Source of the DNA: Verrucomicrobiota bacterium
Lineage (GTDB): Bacteria > Verrucomicrobiota > Lentisphaeria > Lentisphaerales > Lentisphaeraceae
Direction: 5' to 3'
Length of the DNA: 64,000 nt
Assembly (NCBI GenBank): GCA_039798785.1
Contig: JBDKFG010000001.1
Location: forward strand, 64,001-128,000
The position numbers and the translations under genes are program-made. Below, in pieces: positions 30,652-41,659 of this stretch. The number at the start of each line of letters is the position of its first letter. Positions within the stretch are counted from its first letter, which is position 1. A model generated the notes under the pieces. That model had not been told where the DNA came from, did not search any database, and saw only the letters and a program-made list of their open reading frames with translations.

Positions 30652-31572
30652 ATGGCCGGTAGCAGTTTCTTCATGTTGCTCGATGACATCGCCACCATGC
30701 TCGACGACGTCGCAGTGATGACCAAGGTGGCGGCGAAAAAAACCGCCGGAGTGCTCGGCGACGACTTGGCTCTGAACGCTCAGCAGGTGCAGGGGATTCG
30801 CGCCGAACGCGAACTGCCGGTGGTCTGGGCGGTCGCCAAGGGATCCATGGTCAACAAGGCGATCCTCGTGCCGGCGGCGATGCTGATCAGCGTCTTCGCT
30901 CCCAAGGCGATCATTCCACTCCTGATGATCGGCGGCGCCTACCTGTGTTTTGAAGGAGTCGAAAAGCTCGCCCACAAATTCTTGCATGGCAAAGAAGAAG
31001 ACGAGAAGCACCACCAGGAGCAGGTGGCGGCCCTGGCCAACCCGAATGTCGACATGGTGGCCTTCGAGAAAGATAAGATCAAGGGCGCCATCCGCACAGA
31101 CTTCATCCTCTCTGCCGAAATCATCGTGATTTCACTGGGGACTTTTGGCAAGGATAAGACCTGGGAACTGCAGCTGGGCGTCTTGATCGCTGTGTCGATC
31201 CTGATGACCGTTGGTGTCTATGGCATCGTTGCTGCCATCGTCAAACTCGATGATGTCGGCTTCTGGCTCGAGAAAAAAGCTTCTGCCCTCGCCAAGAAGC
31301 TCGGCCTGGTGCTGATCAGCGCCGCGCCGAAACTGATGAAGTTCCTCTCCGTCGTCGGCACCGCCGCGATGTTCCTGGTCGGCGGCGGCATCATCTGCCA
31401 CGGCATCCACGCCATCTCTCACGCCTTTGAGTCCTGGACTTCCGGCCTGGGCATCTTCACAAAAGCCGCCATCATCGTGCTCGAAGGCATCGCCGGCGTC
31501 ATTGCCGGCGCTATCGTCCTCGGCGCGGTGCTTTTGATCCAGAAGCTCTTCAAGAAGCAGCCCGCCGCCTGA
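30652..31572 (+). CDS. yedI: DUF808/YedI family inner membrane protein
   Basis: LLDDIA..LDDV, KKTAGVLGDDLA, GAIRTDFILSAEI. Confidence 0.9.
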   Translation: MAGSSFFMLLDDIATMLDDVAVMTKVAAKKTAGVLGDDLALNAQQVQGIRAERELPVVWAVAKGSMVNKAILVPAAMLISVFAPKAIIPLLMIGGAYLCFEGVEKLAHKFLHGKEEDEKHHQEQVAALANPNVDMVAFEKDKIKGAIRTDFILSAEIIVISLGTFGKDKTWELQLGVLIAVSILMTVGVYGIVAAIVKLDDVGFWLEKKASALAKKLGLVLISAAPKLMKFLSVVGTAAMFLVGGGIICHGIHAISHAFESWTSGLGIFTKAAIIVLEGIAGVIAGAIVLGAVLLIQKLFKKQPAA

Positions 31573-31596
31573 TCCAAAATTCCATGGAGTTCCGCC

Positions 31597-32535
31597 ATGA
31601 CTTTCTCCCGCCGCTCCCTCTTCGCTGCCGCCCCCTTGGCCTTGGCCGCCTGCAGCAGTTCATCCCAGGCGCCGGCTCAAGCCACGTCGCGGCGCCGTCC
31701 CAATCCGATCGGCGTCTCGTCCTACTCCTTCTGGGGCTTCAACGGCGATCCCGCCCCGGTGGCGCGCTGTCTCGAGCAGGCGGCGGTCATGGGCTTCGAT
31801 GGCTTTGAAGTCCTCGAGAAGCAGATGCTGCCGGAAATCCAGGCCGAAGGCGAAACGGCCTTCCTGCGCCGCCTGAAACGCCGCGCGCTCGATCTCGGGA
31901 TGCCGCTTTTCGCGATGAGCACCCACCAGGATTTCGTCGATCCGGATCCCGCCGAACGCCGCAAGAACATCGCCATCACGACGCAGAGTCTGGAGCGTGC
32001 CTATCAACTCGGAATCAGCGTCATCCGGGTCAACACCGGACGCTGGAACCGGGTCGATTTCGACACTTTGATGAAGCAGCGCGGCGAAGAAGCCCCCCTC
32101 GACGGTCACAGCGAGGAAGAGGCCTTCGGTTGGGTCATCGAGGCCTTCCGCACCCTCGTGCCGGAAGCCGAGAAGCGCGGCGTCGTCATGGCCTTGGAAA
32201 ACCATTGGGGCCTGGGCTTGACCCCGCAAGGCGTACTTCGCATCGTCAAGGAAGTGAATTCCCCCTGGCTGGGTGTCACTCTCGACACCGGCTGTTTCCT
32301 GGAGGATCCCTACGAGCGCCTGGCTCTTCTGGCTCCTCACACCACCTACTTGCAGGCGAAGACCTATCCCGGCGGCGGTAAGTGGTACACCCTGGATCTC
32401 GACTATGCACGGATCGCCGGGATCATGAGAAAGGCGGGCTTCCGCGGCTGGATCTCTCTTGAGATGGAAGGCAAGGAGGATCCGGCGACGGCGGTGCCTT
32501 CGTCTCTGGCGCTCTTGCGTCGTCATTTCTCCTGA
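31597..32535 (+). CDS. Tat-exported sugar phosphate isomerase/epimerase (TIM barrel)
   Basis: SRRSLF Tat motif, LAAC lipobox, LENHWG, LDTG, SLEMEG. Confidence 0.82.
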   Translation: MTFSRRSLFAAAPLALAACSSSSQAPAQATSRRRPNPIGVSSYSFWGFNGDPAPVARCLEQAAVMGFDGFEVLEKQMLPEIQAEGETAFLRRLKRRALDLGMPLFAMSTHQDFVDPDPAERRKNIAITTQSLERAYQLGISVIRVNTGRWNRVDFDTLMKQRGEEAPLDGHSEEEAFGWVIEAFRTLVPEAEKRGVVMALENHWGLGLTPQGVLRIVKEVNSPWLGVTLDTGCFLEDPYERLALLAPHTTYLQAKTYPGGGKWYTLDLDYARIAGIMRKAGFRGWISLEMEGKEDPATAVPSSLALLRRHFS

Positions 32536-32610
32536 GGCGGAACGGGCGGCTCCGGGTCGATCCTTAGTCCTAAATTGCACGTATCATAAAAGGCAGTACT
32601 AAAACAGCGA

Positions 32611-35600
32611 TCACGGACGCTCCGCCTCGTCCGCCTGGAAATAGCGGCCCAGGCAGTCCGCAAAGGCCTTTTTCGACACCGGCTTGACCAGGAATTCATC
32701 CATCCCGGCTGAGAGGCACGCCTCTCGGTCGTGGGTGGTGGCGTTGGCAGTGAGGGCGATGATGGGGGTTTTCTGAGTGTCTGGCCGCAGCCGGAGGCAG
32801 CGGGTCGCCTCGATGCCGTCCATCACCGGCATGAGGACGTCCATGAAGATCAGGCAGTGCAGGGAGGGATCGAAGAGTTTTAGGGCTTCGGCACCGTCAG
32901 AGGCGATGTCGACTTTCCATCCGAGGGATTCAAGGCAGCGGCTGGCGACGAGCTGATTGCTGCGGTTGTCATCGACGACGAGGAGACGCCGGCAGCTTTC
33001 GGGGCGGGAAGGGGCAGAGGCTTCCCTGCCCAGAGGTTCAGGCAGAGGCAGTCGCAGGATGGCTTCGGCACCGCCTTCGACATTGCGCAGCTGCAGGCTG
33101 CCGCCAAGGAGGCTGGCGCATTGAGTGCTGACGGCCAGTCCGAGGCCGAGGCCGCCGCTGCGACGGGCGCTGATGGAACGGGCGTGTACGGCGGTGTGGA
33201 GATCGAGTCCGAGCAGGGCCGCGGGGAAGCCGCCGCCGTGATCGCGGACGGTGATTTCCCCTTGTCCGCGTTGGCTTTTGGCGATCACTTCGATCGGCCC
33301 TGCGCCGTGTTCGCAGGCGTTGCTGAGGATCTGCTGCAGGGCGGCGAGGAGCAGTCTCGGATCGGAGAGGGCGGTGTCGGGGAGATGGAGATCGCTGCGG
33401 ATCTCCATCTCCTTTCCGGCGAGGAAGACCATCTCCTCGGCCTGGGCGACGGCCTCTTGGAGGATCTCGCCGGGGCGGACATTCTGCAGTCTGGGACGCA
33501 GCGAGCCGTCTTGGAGGCCGGAGAAATGGGTGATGCAATCGCTGAGGCGCATCAGTTTCCGGCACGAGCCCGAGATCAGCCGGGCGCCTTCGCCTTTGAG
33601 CTCGGGATGGGCTTCCAGGGATCCGAGCACGGCGTTCAGGGGGGTGCGGATCTCGTGGCAGAGCAGCGACAGGAAAGCGCTTTGTTCGGAGGCTGCGACT
33701 TCGGCGGCTTTCTGGACCTGCCGGAGCTTTTCGAGCTGGCGGCAGCGGGTCAGGACCAGTAGCGGCAGGGCGAGTTTGCCGGCGGCGTCGGCGGGTGGCA
33801 GGCCGGGACGGGCCAGGCGGAGCGCTGCCTTGAGATCGCCGCTGTCGAGGCAGATCAGGAAGTCGCCGTTGTCGTCGAGACTGCCGGTTTCGGGCTCCCG
33901 GCTGAGGCAGCGGCGGATGGCGAAAGAACTTTCCCGGGGGGGCGAAACCTGGCCTTCGCGGAGGCTCAGGTGCCAGCCGTCCTTGAGCAGCAGTTCGGCT
34001 TCTTCGGCGCCGCTGGCGGCGCAAGCGATCCTCAGCAGGGCTGCGGCGGCTTCGTCGGTGCTGGCGGAGCGGAGAGCGGCTAGCGATTCATCCGGCAGGG
34101 GGCTGGCGGCTGTGGCGGGCGCGGCGTGCGGGAGGCTGCAGCCCCAGCGGAGAAGGGCTGCTGCTGCTGCGGCGGCGGCCGCAGCAGCATAGCCCTCTTC
34201 GTTGCAGCGCAGCCAGAATCTCCTGGCGCAGGACCAGGCGAGGGCGGCATCTGAGGGGCTGGCGGCGATGGCTGCGGCGAGGGAGAACTCCGCGGCGGCG
34301 CCGTAAGATTCCGCCGCGATGGCTTGCGCCAGGTGCAGACGGGCCTTCCACACTGCAGGACAGGCTTCCGCTTGCTGCTTCAGCCGTTCCAGATCCGCGG
34401 CGGCGGGTGCGCGGCCGCGGCGGCCGTCCAGGAGGATCCCGAGGAAATGGTGTTCGGCGGCAGGCAGCAGGCCTTGCGTCGAAACCGTGTCGATCAGGCC
34501 AGCTGCGGCGAGCCAGTCGAGACGGGCCTCCTCGTCGCGGTTCTGGTGCAGTCCAACCAGGGTGCGGAAGATATGGAGAAGGCATAGGACCTGGCGGTTG
34601 CCCCGGCTGGCGATCTCGTCGCGCAGACGGCCGGCGGGATCGCAGGGCTGGTGTTCGCGCAGCGCGCTCACGCAGGCGAGGACGGCCGAGCACAGGTCGC
34701 TGAGCCAGAGGTTGCGGGCGCTTTTGCCGAAAGCGAGCCATTCCGAAGCGTCGGAGGCGACCTGGTCGAGGGAGTGGCCGGAGAGCAGCTCGGTGTAGAG
34801 GGCGTGGCCGTAGGCGTAGCCGGCGTACTGGAGGTTGCCGGATGCGAGGCCGTCGCGGCGTGAGGCTGCGTATTCCGCCAGGGTGCTTTGTCGGGACTGC
34901 AGCCAGTGGCTGACTGAGCTGCCGTTCATCAGATGGAAGACGCTGGAGATCGAGGAGTCGCCGTCACGCGCCACCAGGCTTGTGGCGGCTTCGCCGAAGC
35001 GGCGCGCCGGGTCGAAGCCGAGCTGATAATGGGTGCAGAGACCACCAAAGGCCGGGAACATGTAGGCGCCCTGCGGCGCCCATCCGTGCGCGAGGATGAG
35101 GAGGACAGCGCGCGGCACGAGGACGGCCCAAAGCGACTGGCGGTAGCGGTAGGTCGGGGGGCCGAGGCTGGCCATCAGCTGCAGGATGCAGCGCAGGCGG
35201 GGATCCGTCATCAGCGGCAGCTGCTCGAGGCGGGTCAGGGCGGGATGGGCCAGGGCTTCATCGACGAGGCTGCGGCTGAGCTTGTCGTCGCCGCGCGGAG
35301 GCAGTTCGACGCCGAGTTCACCGAGGGCGTCGACCGCGAGGGCGATGGCTTCCTCGTAGCGGGCGGCGAAGGTCCGCCAGGTGATCTGGACGAGACGGAT
35401 GTCGGCGCGCTCCTGGTAGCCGGGGGCGAGAGGCAGCGCCTCGAGGGCGAGCTTCTCGGCGCTCTCATGGTCGGCGTTGAGGAAGCTCAGCTGGCATTCG
35501 GCGGCGAGGAGCTGGAAGCTCAGGGCCGGGTCGATCCCTTCGTGCAGCCGCAGTGCGGCGCGGCCGCCGCGGCACTGCTTCAGTGCGGTGCGCAGGGAGC

Positions 35601-37581
35601 CTGCGGCGAGAGAGGCGCGGCAGCAGCGCAGCGCCAGGGCGGCGAAATCCTTCCGGGCCGCAGGGTCGAGCAGGGGGAGGGCGGCTTGCTGGTGGCCGAG
35701 GATCTCCGCCGGACTGGCGCCGAGCGCGGTGAGAGCCCGGGCGCAAGCGAGATGGACGGCGCGGGTCTCCTCCTCGTCGCGAAGGCTGATCGCCGCCTGC
35801 TGCACCCGGTCGTGGAAGAAGCGCCAGCGCTCGCCGCTGCCGATGAGCAGCCCGGCACCTTCGGCGTCGGCAAGGAGGGACTGCAGTCGCGGCGGTGCCA
35901 GTTCCGTCACGGACTGCAGCGCCGCCGAATCGAATTCATAGCCGAGGACGGCCGCGGCGTGAAGCATGAGGTGCAGTTCCGGCGGGAGGCGGCGGATCCG
36001 GGCGACCACCAGCAGAGCCACCTTGTCCGCCGCTGCGGCGCTTTCCAGCCTCGTGTCCCAGGTCCAGCCATCAAGCTCTGCGCGGATTTCGCCGCGCTCG
36101 ATGGCGGCGCGCAGGAACTGCTGGATCTGGAAGGGGTTTCCCCGGCATTTGTCGCCGACCAGCCGCTGCAGGGCGCCCAGCCTGGCTACCGGTCCGCGAA
36201 GTATCGAGGAGGTGAGGACGGCGCTGTCGACGGGGCTCAGGGATTTGAGCTGGATGTGCTCGACATGGCTGCCGGCGCTGCGGGCGGCATGGAGCATCGG
36301 CTGGAGGCTTTGACTGAATTCCGATTCGCGGCTCTCCCGAACCGCCGCCACGACCAGGAGTCCGCAGGCATGGGGGGCGCAGAGCAGATGTTCGAGCAGG
36401 CCGAGGCTTTCCGCATCGGCCCATTGGAGGTCATCGAGGAAGAGCACCGGCACCTTGCCGCCGCAGATGGCGTTCAAGGTCCTTGCGGCGAGAAGCTGGA
36501 GTCGCCGCGGTCCTTCGCTCGGCGGGATGGCCGAGGGCTGGCGGCTCAGATCGAGCAGTTCCGCCAGGGCCGGGAAGGCGGCGGCTATCACCCCCGCCTC
36601 CCGGCCGAGAGCTTCATGGAGGCGGAGGCGAAGCTGACGGGCCTCCTCCAGTCCGCGGGAAGCCACCTGGCCGGCCAGGCCGGCCAGGCATTGCGACAGG
36701 GGGCGAAGCGGCTGTTCGTGCTGGTACTGCTCCGCTTTGCCCGACGCGTAGACAGCCTGGGCCCGGGCTTGCAGACCGAACTCCTCCACCAGACGGGTCT
36801 TGCCGGTGCCGGATTCGGCGCTGATCAGGCAGATCACGCGGGCGCCCCGGCTCGCCGATTGCAGATGTTCTTGAAGCCGCAAAGACTCCTCCAGACGCCC
36901 GCAAAGCTGCGGCGGCCGCAAGGCCGGAGCATGCCGGCCGGCCAGCAGGGCGTGCAAATCCGCGCCACGGTCCGCCGCAAGCAGGTCGAAGGCCATCAGA
37001 CACAAGCTCGGATCCGGCCGCCGCGACGGCGACTCCGCCGTCATCTCGGTGAGAAGCTCGCCGAGTGCGTCAGGGATCGCGGCGGAGTTCAGCCATTGCA
37101 GCATGCGTGCGGCGGCCAGCACCCATGCTTTGCCATCGTCGTCCTCGGATTCGTTCTCATTCCAGTCCGATCCGTCCCGGCTGGGATGCAGGCTGAGAAG
37201 GCCTAGCTTGCGGCCTTGCGGCGACCAGCTCAGGAGCGCCGGCCGCCATTCGATCCTGTGGACGCTCATCAGCTGCAGCTGCAGCATCAATTCTAGAAGC
37301 TGGCGGCCGAAAAGGATGAGATCTCCGGGAGCCGACAGCTGGCCTGGAGTCAAGGCGCACTCGTCCGCAGCCAGGGAGACATGGAGACGGGCGCTCTCCG
37401 GTCCGCTATGGAAGGAGGCGCCAGGCCGGCGCCCCGTCTTCGTCAGCAGTTGCTGCGTTTTCTGCAGTCTTCGCATCTCGAGATCGGTCACCCCACGCCA
37501 TTCCAGGATCAGAGTCCTGGGATCCGAAATCTCGCTGGCCGTGCAGCTTTCACCTGGCATCCAAATGCAAAATGGCTTCAT
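32611..37581 (-). CDS. Hybrid sensor: degenerate kinase-like N-terminus, AAA ATPase, histidine kinase, receiver
   Basis: ESGTGKT, LFLDDLQWAD, GNPF, HDRVQ; HEIRTPL, DHGGG, GLGLGL; DDN..MDVLMPVMDG..KP. Confidence 0.88.
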   Translation of the reverse strand: MKPFCIWMPGESCTASEISDPRTLILEWRGVTDLEMRRLQKTQQLLTKTGRRPGASFHSGPESARLHVSLAADECALTPGQLSAPGDLILFGRQLLELMLQLQLMSVHRIEWRPALLSWSPQGRKLGLLSLHPSRDGSDWNENESEDDDGKAWVLAAARMLQWLNSAAIPDALGELLTEMTAESPSRRPDPSLCLMAFDLLAADRGADLHALLAGRHAPALRPPQLCGRLEESLRLQEHLQSASRGARVICLISAESGTGKTRLVEEFGLQARAQAVYASGKAEQYQHEQPLRPLSQCLAGLAGQVASRGLEEARQLRLRLHEALGREAGVIAAAFPALAELLDLSRQPSAIPPSEGPRRLQLLAARTLNAICGGKVPVLFLDDLQWADAESLGLLEHLLCAPHACGLLVVAAVRESRESEFSQSLQPMLHAARSAGSHVEHIQLKSLSPVDSAVLTSSILRGPVARLGALQRLVGDKCRGNPFQIQQFLRAAIERGEIRAELDGWTWDTRLESAAAADKVALLVVARIRRLPPELHLMLHAAAVLGYEFDSAALQSVTELAPPRLQSLLADAEGAGLLIGSGERWRFFHDRVQQAAISLRDEEETRAVHLACARALTALGASPAEILGHQQAALPLLDPAARKDFAALALRCCRASLAAGSLRTALKQCRGGRAALRLHEGIDPALSFQLLAAECQLSFLNADHESAEKLALEALPLAPGYQERADIRLVQITWRTFAARYEEAIALAVDALGELGVELPPRGDDKLSRSLVDEALAHPALTRLEQLPLMTDPRLRCILQLMASLGPPTYRYRQSLWAVLVPRAVLLILAHGWAPQGAYMFPAFGGLCTHYQLGFDPARRFGEAATSLVARDGDSSISSVFHLMNGSSVSHWLQSRQSTLAEYAASRRDGLASGNLQYAGYAYGHALYTELLSGHSLDQVASDASEWLAFGKSARNLWLSDLCSAVLACVSALREHQPCDPAGRLRDEIASRGNRQVLCLLHIFRTLVGLHQNRDEEARLDWLAAAGLIDTVSTQGLLPAAEHHFLGILLDGRRGRAPAAADLERLKQQAEACPAVWKARLHLAQAIAAESYGAAAEFSLAAAIAASPSDAALAWSCARRFWLRCNEEGYAAAAAAAAAAALLRWGCSLPHAAPATAASPLPDESLAALRSASTDEAAAALLRIACAASGAEEAELLLKDGWHLSLREGQVSPPRESSFAIRRCLSREPETGSLDDNGDFLICLDSGDLKAALRLARPGLPPADAAGKLALPLLVLTRCRQLEKLRQVQKAAEVAASEQSAFLSLLCHEIRTPLNAVLGSLEAHPELKGEGARLISGSCRKLMRLSDCITHFSGLQDGSLRPRLQNVRPGEILQEAVAQAEEMVFLAGKEMEIRSDLHLPDTALSDPRLLLAALQQILSNACEHGAGPIEVIAKSQRGQGEITVRDHGGGFPAALLGLDLHTAVHARSISARRSGGLGLGLAVSTQCASLLGGSLQLRNVEGGAEAILRLPLPEPLGREASAPSRPESCRRLLVVDDNRSNQLVASRCLESLGWKVDIASDGAEALKLFDPSLHCLIFMDVLMPVMDGIEATRCLRLRPDTQKTPIIALTANATTHDREACLSAGMDEFLVKPVSKKAFADCLGRYFQADEAERP

Positions 37582-37860
37582 CGGAGAGCTCCTGAGTCTT
37601 TCCCAGTATACGCACTGCACGGGGGGGATTGCAAGCAGAGAGGAGATTTGGCGCCAGGTAACCACAGGACGCATTCATTGCTCATTCCCAGGCCAGACGC
37701 GAGAGCACCGCCATTGCCGGGGGCTCGCATAAGCTGGAAAAATTCCGCCGATGGAATTTTATGGCGCGTTCGAGACTCGATTTTTTTCTGCTCGCGACTG
37801 GCGTTTCCCGAAAGGGATGAAAGTGTGGTCGTGACAACAAGCTAAACAAAGGAAGTCCGA

Positions 37861-39321
37861 ATGTCATTGTTCAATTACCCTCGCCGCACCCGCATCGTCG
37901 CCACTGTCGGCCCGGCCTGCCGGAACCGCATTCCCGAGCTGATCGCCGCGGGCGTCGACGTCTTCCGGTTGAACTTCTCGCATGGCACGCACGAGGTGCA
38001 CGGCCAGGCGATCGTCGACATTCGCGCCGCCTCGAAGGCTGCCGGACGTCCCGTCGGCATACTCGCCGACCTCCAAGGGCCCAAGATCCGCGTCGGCAAG
38101 GTGGTTGAAGGCGGCATCACCTTGGTCAACGGCGAGGAGTTCATCCTCTCGGTCGAGCCTTGCATCGGCCAAGGTAACCGTGCTTCCACCATCTACACCG
38201 CGATGGCCGAGGAGCTCGTGCCCGGCAACCGCATCCTCATGGACGACGGCCTTCTCGAAGTCGAAGTGGTCAAGATCATCGGCAAGGACATCCACACCAA
38301 AGTCATCAACGGCGGCGTGCTGACCTCTAACAAGGGCATCAATCTGCCCAACGCTGTGCTGAAGACCCCCGCCCTGACCGAAAAGGACGCCGAGGATCTG
38401 AAATTCCTGATGACACAGGACGTCGATTTCGTCGCTCTCTCCTTCGTTCGCGATCCTGCCGACGTGCAGCTCATCCGCGACATGATGACCCAAGGCGGAC
38501 GCGACATCCCGGTGATCGCCAAGATCGAGAAGCCTGAGGCGCTTGACAACATCACCGGCATCCTTGAGCTCTGCCACGGCTTGATGGTGGCACGCGGCGA
38601 CCTCGGCGTCGAACTCCCGGCCGAGCAGGTGCCGACCATCCAGAAGCTCCTGGTGCGCCACTGCCTTGAGGCCGGCAAGCCCTGCATCGTCGCCACCCAG
38701 ATGCTGGATTCGATGATCCGCAACCCACGCCCGACCCGCGCCGAAGCCTCCGACGTCGCCAACGCCGTCCTCGACGGCGCCTCCGCCGTCATGCTCTCCG
38801 GTGAATCCGCGTCCGGCATGTTCCCGATCGAGTCGATCTCGATGATGGACAAGATCGTCCGCGATGTCGAGCTGAACTTCCTCAATACCGCCGGATTGCC
38901 GCAGATCGACCTGAGCGCCCAGGCCAGCACCGATTCTCTCGCCCTGGCCCATTCGGTGGTACAGCTGGCCGGACGTCTCGGCGCCCGCTGCATCGTCTGC
39001 GCCACCGACTCCGGCAACACCGCCCGGTTGATTTCTCGCTTCCGTCCCGGCGTCCCCGTCCTGGCCTTTGCCGACCACGGCAACCGTGTCCTGCAGGAGC
39101 TTTCCCTTTCCTGGGGGGTTCGCGCCATCGGCTTCGACAAAGCTCCCGGCGACTACATCTTCCACCGGGTCGAGGAGTATGTCGCCCATCTCAACCTTCC
39201 CGCCGGCGATCTCGTCGTCGTCGCCGCATCGCTGCCTCTCGGGGCCGGCTCCGGCACCAACACCGTCAAGCTCCACCGCATCGGCGGCGGGCGCATCGGC
39301 CTGGGAGCAACCCGCTTCTGA
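37861..39321 (+). CDS. pyk: Pyruvate kinase
   Basis: TRIVATVGP, RLNFSHG, DLQGPKIR, AKIEK, MVARGDLG. Confidence 0.97.
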   Translation: MSLFNYPRRTRIVATVGPACRNRIPELIAAGVDVFRLNFSHGTHEVHGQAIVDIRAASKAAGRPVGILADLQGPKIRVGKVVEGGITLVNGEEFILSVEPCIGQGNRASTIYTAMAEELVPGNRILMDDGLLEVEVVKIIGKDIHTKVINGGVLTSNKGINLPNAVLKTPALTEKDAEDLKFLMTQDVDFVALSFVRDPADVQLIRDMMTQGGRDIPVIAKIEKPEALDNITGILELCHGLMVARGDLGVELPAEQVPTIQKLLVRHCLEAGKPCIVATQMLDSMIRNPRPTRAEASDVANAVLDGASAVMLSGESASGMFPIESISMMDKIVRDVELNFLNTAGLPQIDLSAQASTDSLALAHSVVQLAGRLGARCIVCATDSGNTARLISRFRPGVPVLAFADHGNRVLQELSLSWGVRAIGFDKAPGDYIFHRVEEYVAHLNLPAGDLVVVAASLPLGAGSGTNTVKLHRIGGGRIGLGATRF

Positions 39322-39420
39322 ATTAGCCCAGAGCGGCGGCGGGCCGAGCGGCCGAGGGGGATCGGTGCGTCCGGCTTCTTCGGGTGTAGATTGTGGTCTC
39401 ATCTAAACTCCGGACCGATC

Positions 39421-41640
39421 ATGCGCATCCTTCTCATCCTGCCGCCTCTGACCCAGCTGAATACGCCTTATCCCTCGACCGCCTATTTGAGCGGGTTCCT
39501 GCGTCGCGCCGGTCACGAGGTGAGGCAGCTGGATCTCGGTCTCGAGCTGGTTCTGGAGCTCTTCTCTTCGGCGCGGCTGCCCCAGCTTTTCTCCCAGGCA
39601 CGCCGGATCGCGAAGCCCTCGCCCGGTCTCCGCCTGATTCTCGAGCAGGAGGAGGCTTACGTCGGGAGCGTCGACGCGGTGATCGCTTTCCTGCAAGGAC
39701 GCGATCCGACCCTCAGCCACCGCATCAATTCCCGGAGTTTCCTGCCGGAGGGTGGGCGCTTCGCCGCTCTTGAGCAGCTGCCCGTCGGCGTCTTCGGCAG
39801 TCTCGATTCGACCGAGAAGGCTCGCCATCTCGCCACCCTGTATCTAGAGGATCTTTCCGACCTCATCCAAGAGGGGGTGTCGCGTCGCTTCGCCTTCGGT
39901 CGTTATGCCGAGAGCCTGGCGGTTTCGGCCAACCGCTTCGACGAGCTCGACCGCGCGCTCCGGCAGTCGCCCGACTTCCTGGACCAAATCATGCTCGACA
40001 TTCTCCGCCGCCAGCTCGAGGGTTTCTCTCCTGAGCTTAGCGGGCTCAGCGCTCCTTTTCCCGGTAACATCTATGCCGCCTTGCGTTGCGGCGCCGAGAT
40101 CAAGAGACTGCTGCCGACGTCCTGTGTCAGCCTCGGCGGCGGATATCCCAACACCGAGCTGCGTCAGATCAGCGATCCCCGAGTCTTCGACTTCGTCGAC
40201 GCCATCACTCTCGACGACGGAGAGCTGCCTCTCAGCCGTCTCATCGCGCACCTGTCGGGCGGAATCCCTCGCGAGGGGCTCTGCCGCACTTTCATGCGCA
40301 GTCCGCAAAAGAAGGTGGTTTGGCACGATGGAGCCGGTCTTCCCGACATTTCTCACCAGGAGAGCGGCTGGCCCGATTACGCCGGCCTGCCGATGGATCG
40401 CTATCTTTCGGTCATCGAAATGGCCAATCCGATGCACCGCCTTTGGTCCGACGGCCGCTGGAACAAGCTCACCGTCGCCCACGGCTGCTACTGGAAGCGC
40501 TGCACCTTCTGCGACACCGGCCTCGACTACATTTCACGCTATGATGAGGCGCCCGCCAGTCTTCTCGCCGAGCGGATGGAGGCGGTGATGAAGCAGACCG
40601 GCCAGAGCGGATTCCATTTCGTTGACGAGGCGGCACCTCCGGCGGTGCTTCGCGAGCTTGCCCTTGAGATCCTCCGCCGCGGCTTGAGGGTTTCTTGGTG
40701 GGGCAATATCCGATTTGAGAAGGCTTTCACTCCCTCCCTCTGCCGTCTCCTCGCCGCCTCCGGTTGCATCGCGGTCAGCGGTGGTCTTGAAGTCGCTTCT
40801 GACCGGGTTCTAGGATTGATCAGGAAAGGCACTTCCCTGCGCCAGGCGACCCAGGCCTTGCAGGCTTTTCGCGACTCCGGCATTCTGGTGCACGGCTACC
40901 TGATGTACGGATTCCCGACCCAGACTTCCCAGGAGACCCTGGACTCCCTCGAGGTGGTGCGCCAGCTCTTCGAAGCTGAGCTGCTCAAGTCTGGCTTCTT
41001 CCATCGCTTCGCGCTCACCGAACACAGCCCGGTGGCGAAGAACCCAGATCGCTTCGGGGTCGAGATCACCGGCCCGGCCTTCGGCGGCTTCGCCCGAAAC
41101 GAGCTGCAATTCAGCGACCGTCTCGGCGATGATCCTTCCCCTTTCACATCTGGTCTCAACGCGGCACTCTACAACTACATGCATGCCAACTGCCTCGATC
41201 AGCCGGTGAGCGACTGGTTCGATTTCGACTGCGGCACCGTCAGTCTGCCGCCCGATCTGATCGCCGGGTACGAGGAGCAGGCCCGCCGCGAAGACCGCAG
41301 GATCGCGGCGCGCGAACGGCTGCTCTGGCTCTCGCCGCCGCCGCGCCAGGAGCCTTGCCGCAAGAAGGGTTTCGCCAGGATCACCTTTGGCAGCGGTGCC
41401 CACAGGGTCGGTTTCGAGGTTCCGGCTCCCCTGGCCGAATGGCTCGGCGAGCTTCTGCCTCAACTCACACCTGGGAATTATGTCAGCTTCGCCGAGACGG
41501 AGGATTATTTCAAGCAGTATTTCGACGACGGCGACTGGCAGCCTTTCCTGGAGAGTCCGGTCTGGGAGGGGCTGCTCCAGGCGGGGCTTCTGCATCTCAG
41601 TCCCGATGATTCGGCAAAGAACGTCCGAGCCGGCTGTTGA
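39421..41640 (+). CDS. B12-binding-domain radical SAM protein
   Basis: PPLTQLNTPYPS, HGCYWKRCTFCD (CX3CX2C), FHFVDE, SGGLE. Confidence 0.9.
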   Translation: MRILLILPPLTQLNTPYPSTAYLSGFLRRAGHEVRQLDLGLELVLELFSSARLPQLFSQARRIAKPSPGLRLILEQEEAYVGSVDAVIAFLQGRDPTLSHRINSRSFLPEGGRFAALEQLPVGVFGSLDSTEKARHLATLYLEDLSDLIQEGVSRRFAFGRYAESLAVSANRFDELDRALRQSPDFLDQIMLDILRRQLEGFSPELSGLSAPFPGNIYAALRCGAEIKRLLPTSCVSLGGGYPNTELRQISDPRVFDFVDAITLDDGELPLSRLIAHLSGGIPREGLCRTFMRSPQKKVVWHDGAGLPDISHQESGWPDYAGLPMDRYLSVIEMANPMHRLWSDGRWNKLTVAHGCYWKRCTFCDTGLDYISRYDEAPASLLAERMEAVMKQTGQSGFHFVDEAAPPAVLRELALEILRRGLRVSWWGNIRFEKAFTPSLCRLLAASGCIAVSGGLEVASDRVLGLIRKGTSLRQATQALQAFRDSGILVHGYLMYGFPTQTSQETLDSLEVVRQLFEAELLKSGFFHRFALTEHSPVAKNPDRFGVEITGPAFGGFARNELQFSDRLGDDPSPFTSGLNAALYNYMHANCLDQPVSDWFDFDCGTVSLPPDLIAGYEEQARREDRRIAARERLLWLSPPPRQEPCRKKGFARITFGSGAHRVGFEVPAPLAEWLGELLPQLTPGNYVSFAETEDYFKQYFDDGDWQPFLESPVWEGLLQAGLLHLSPDDSAKNVRAGC

Positions 41641-41659
41641 CTGAAGAGACGGGAGTTTC

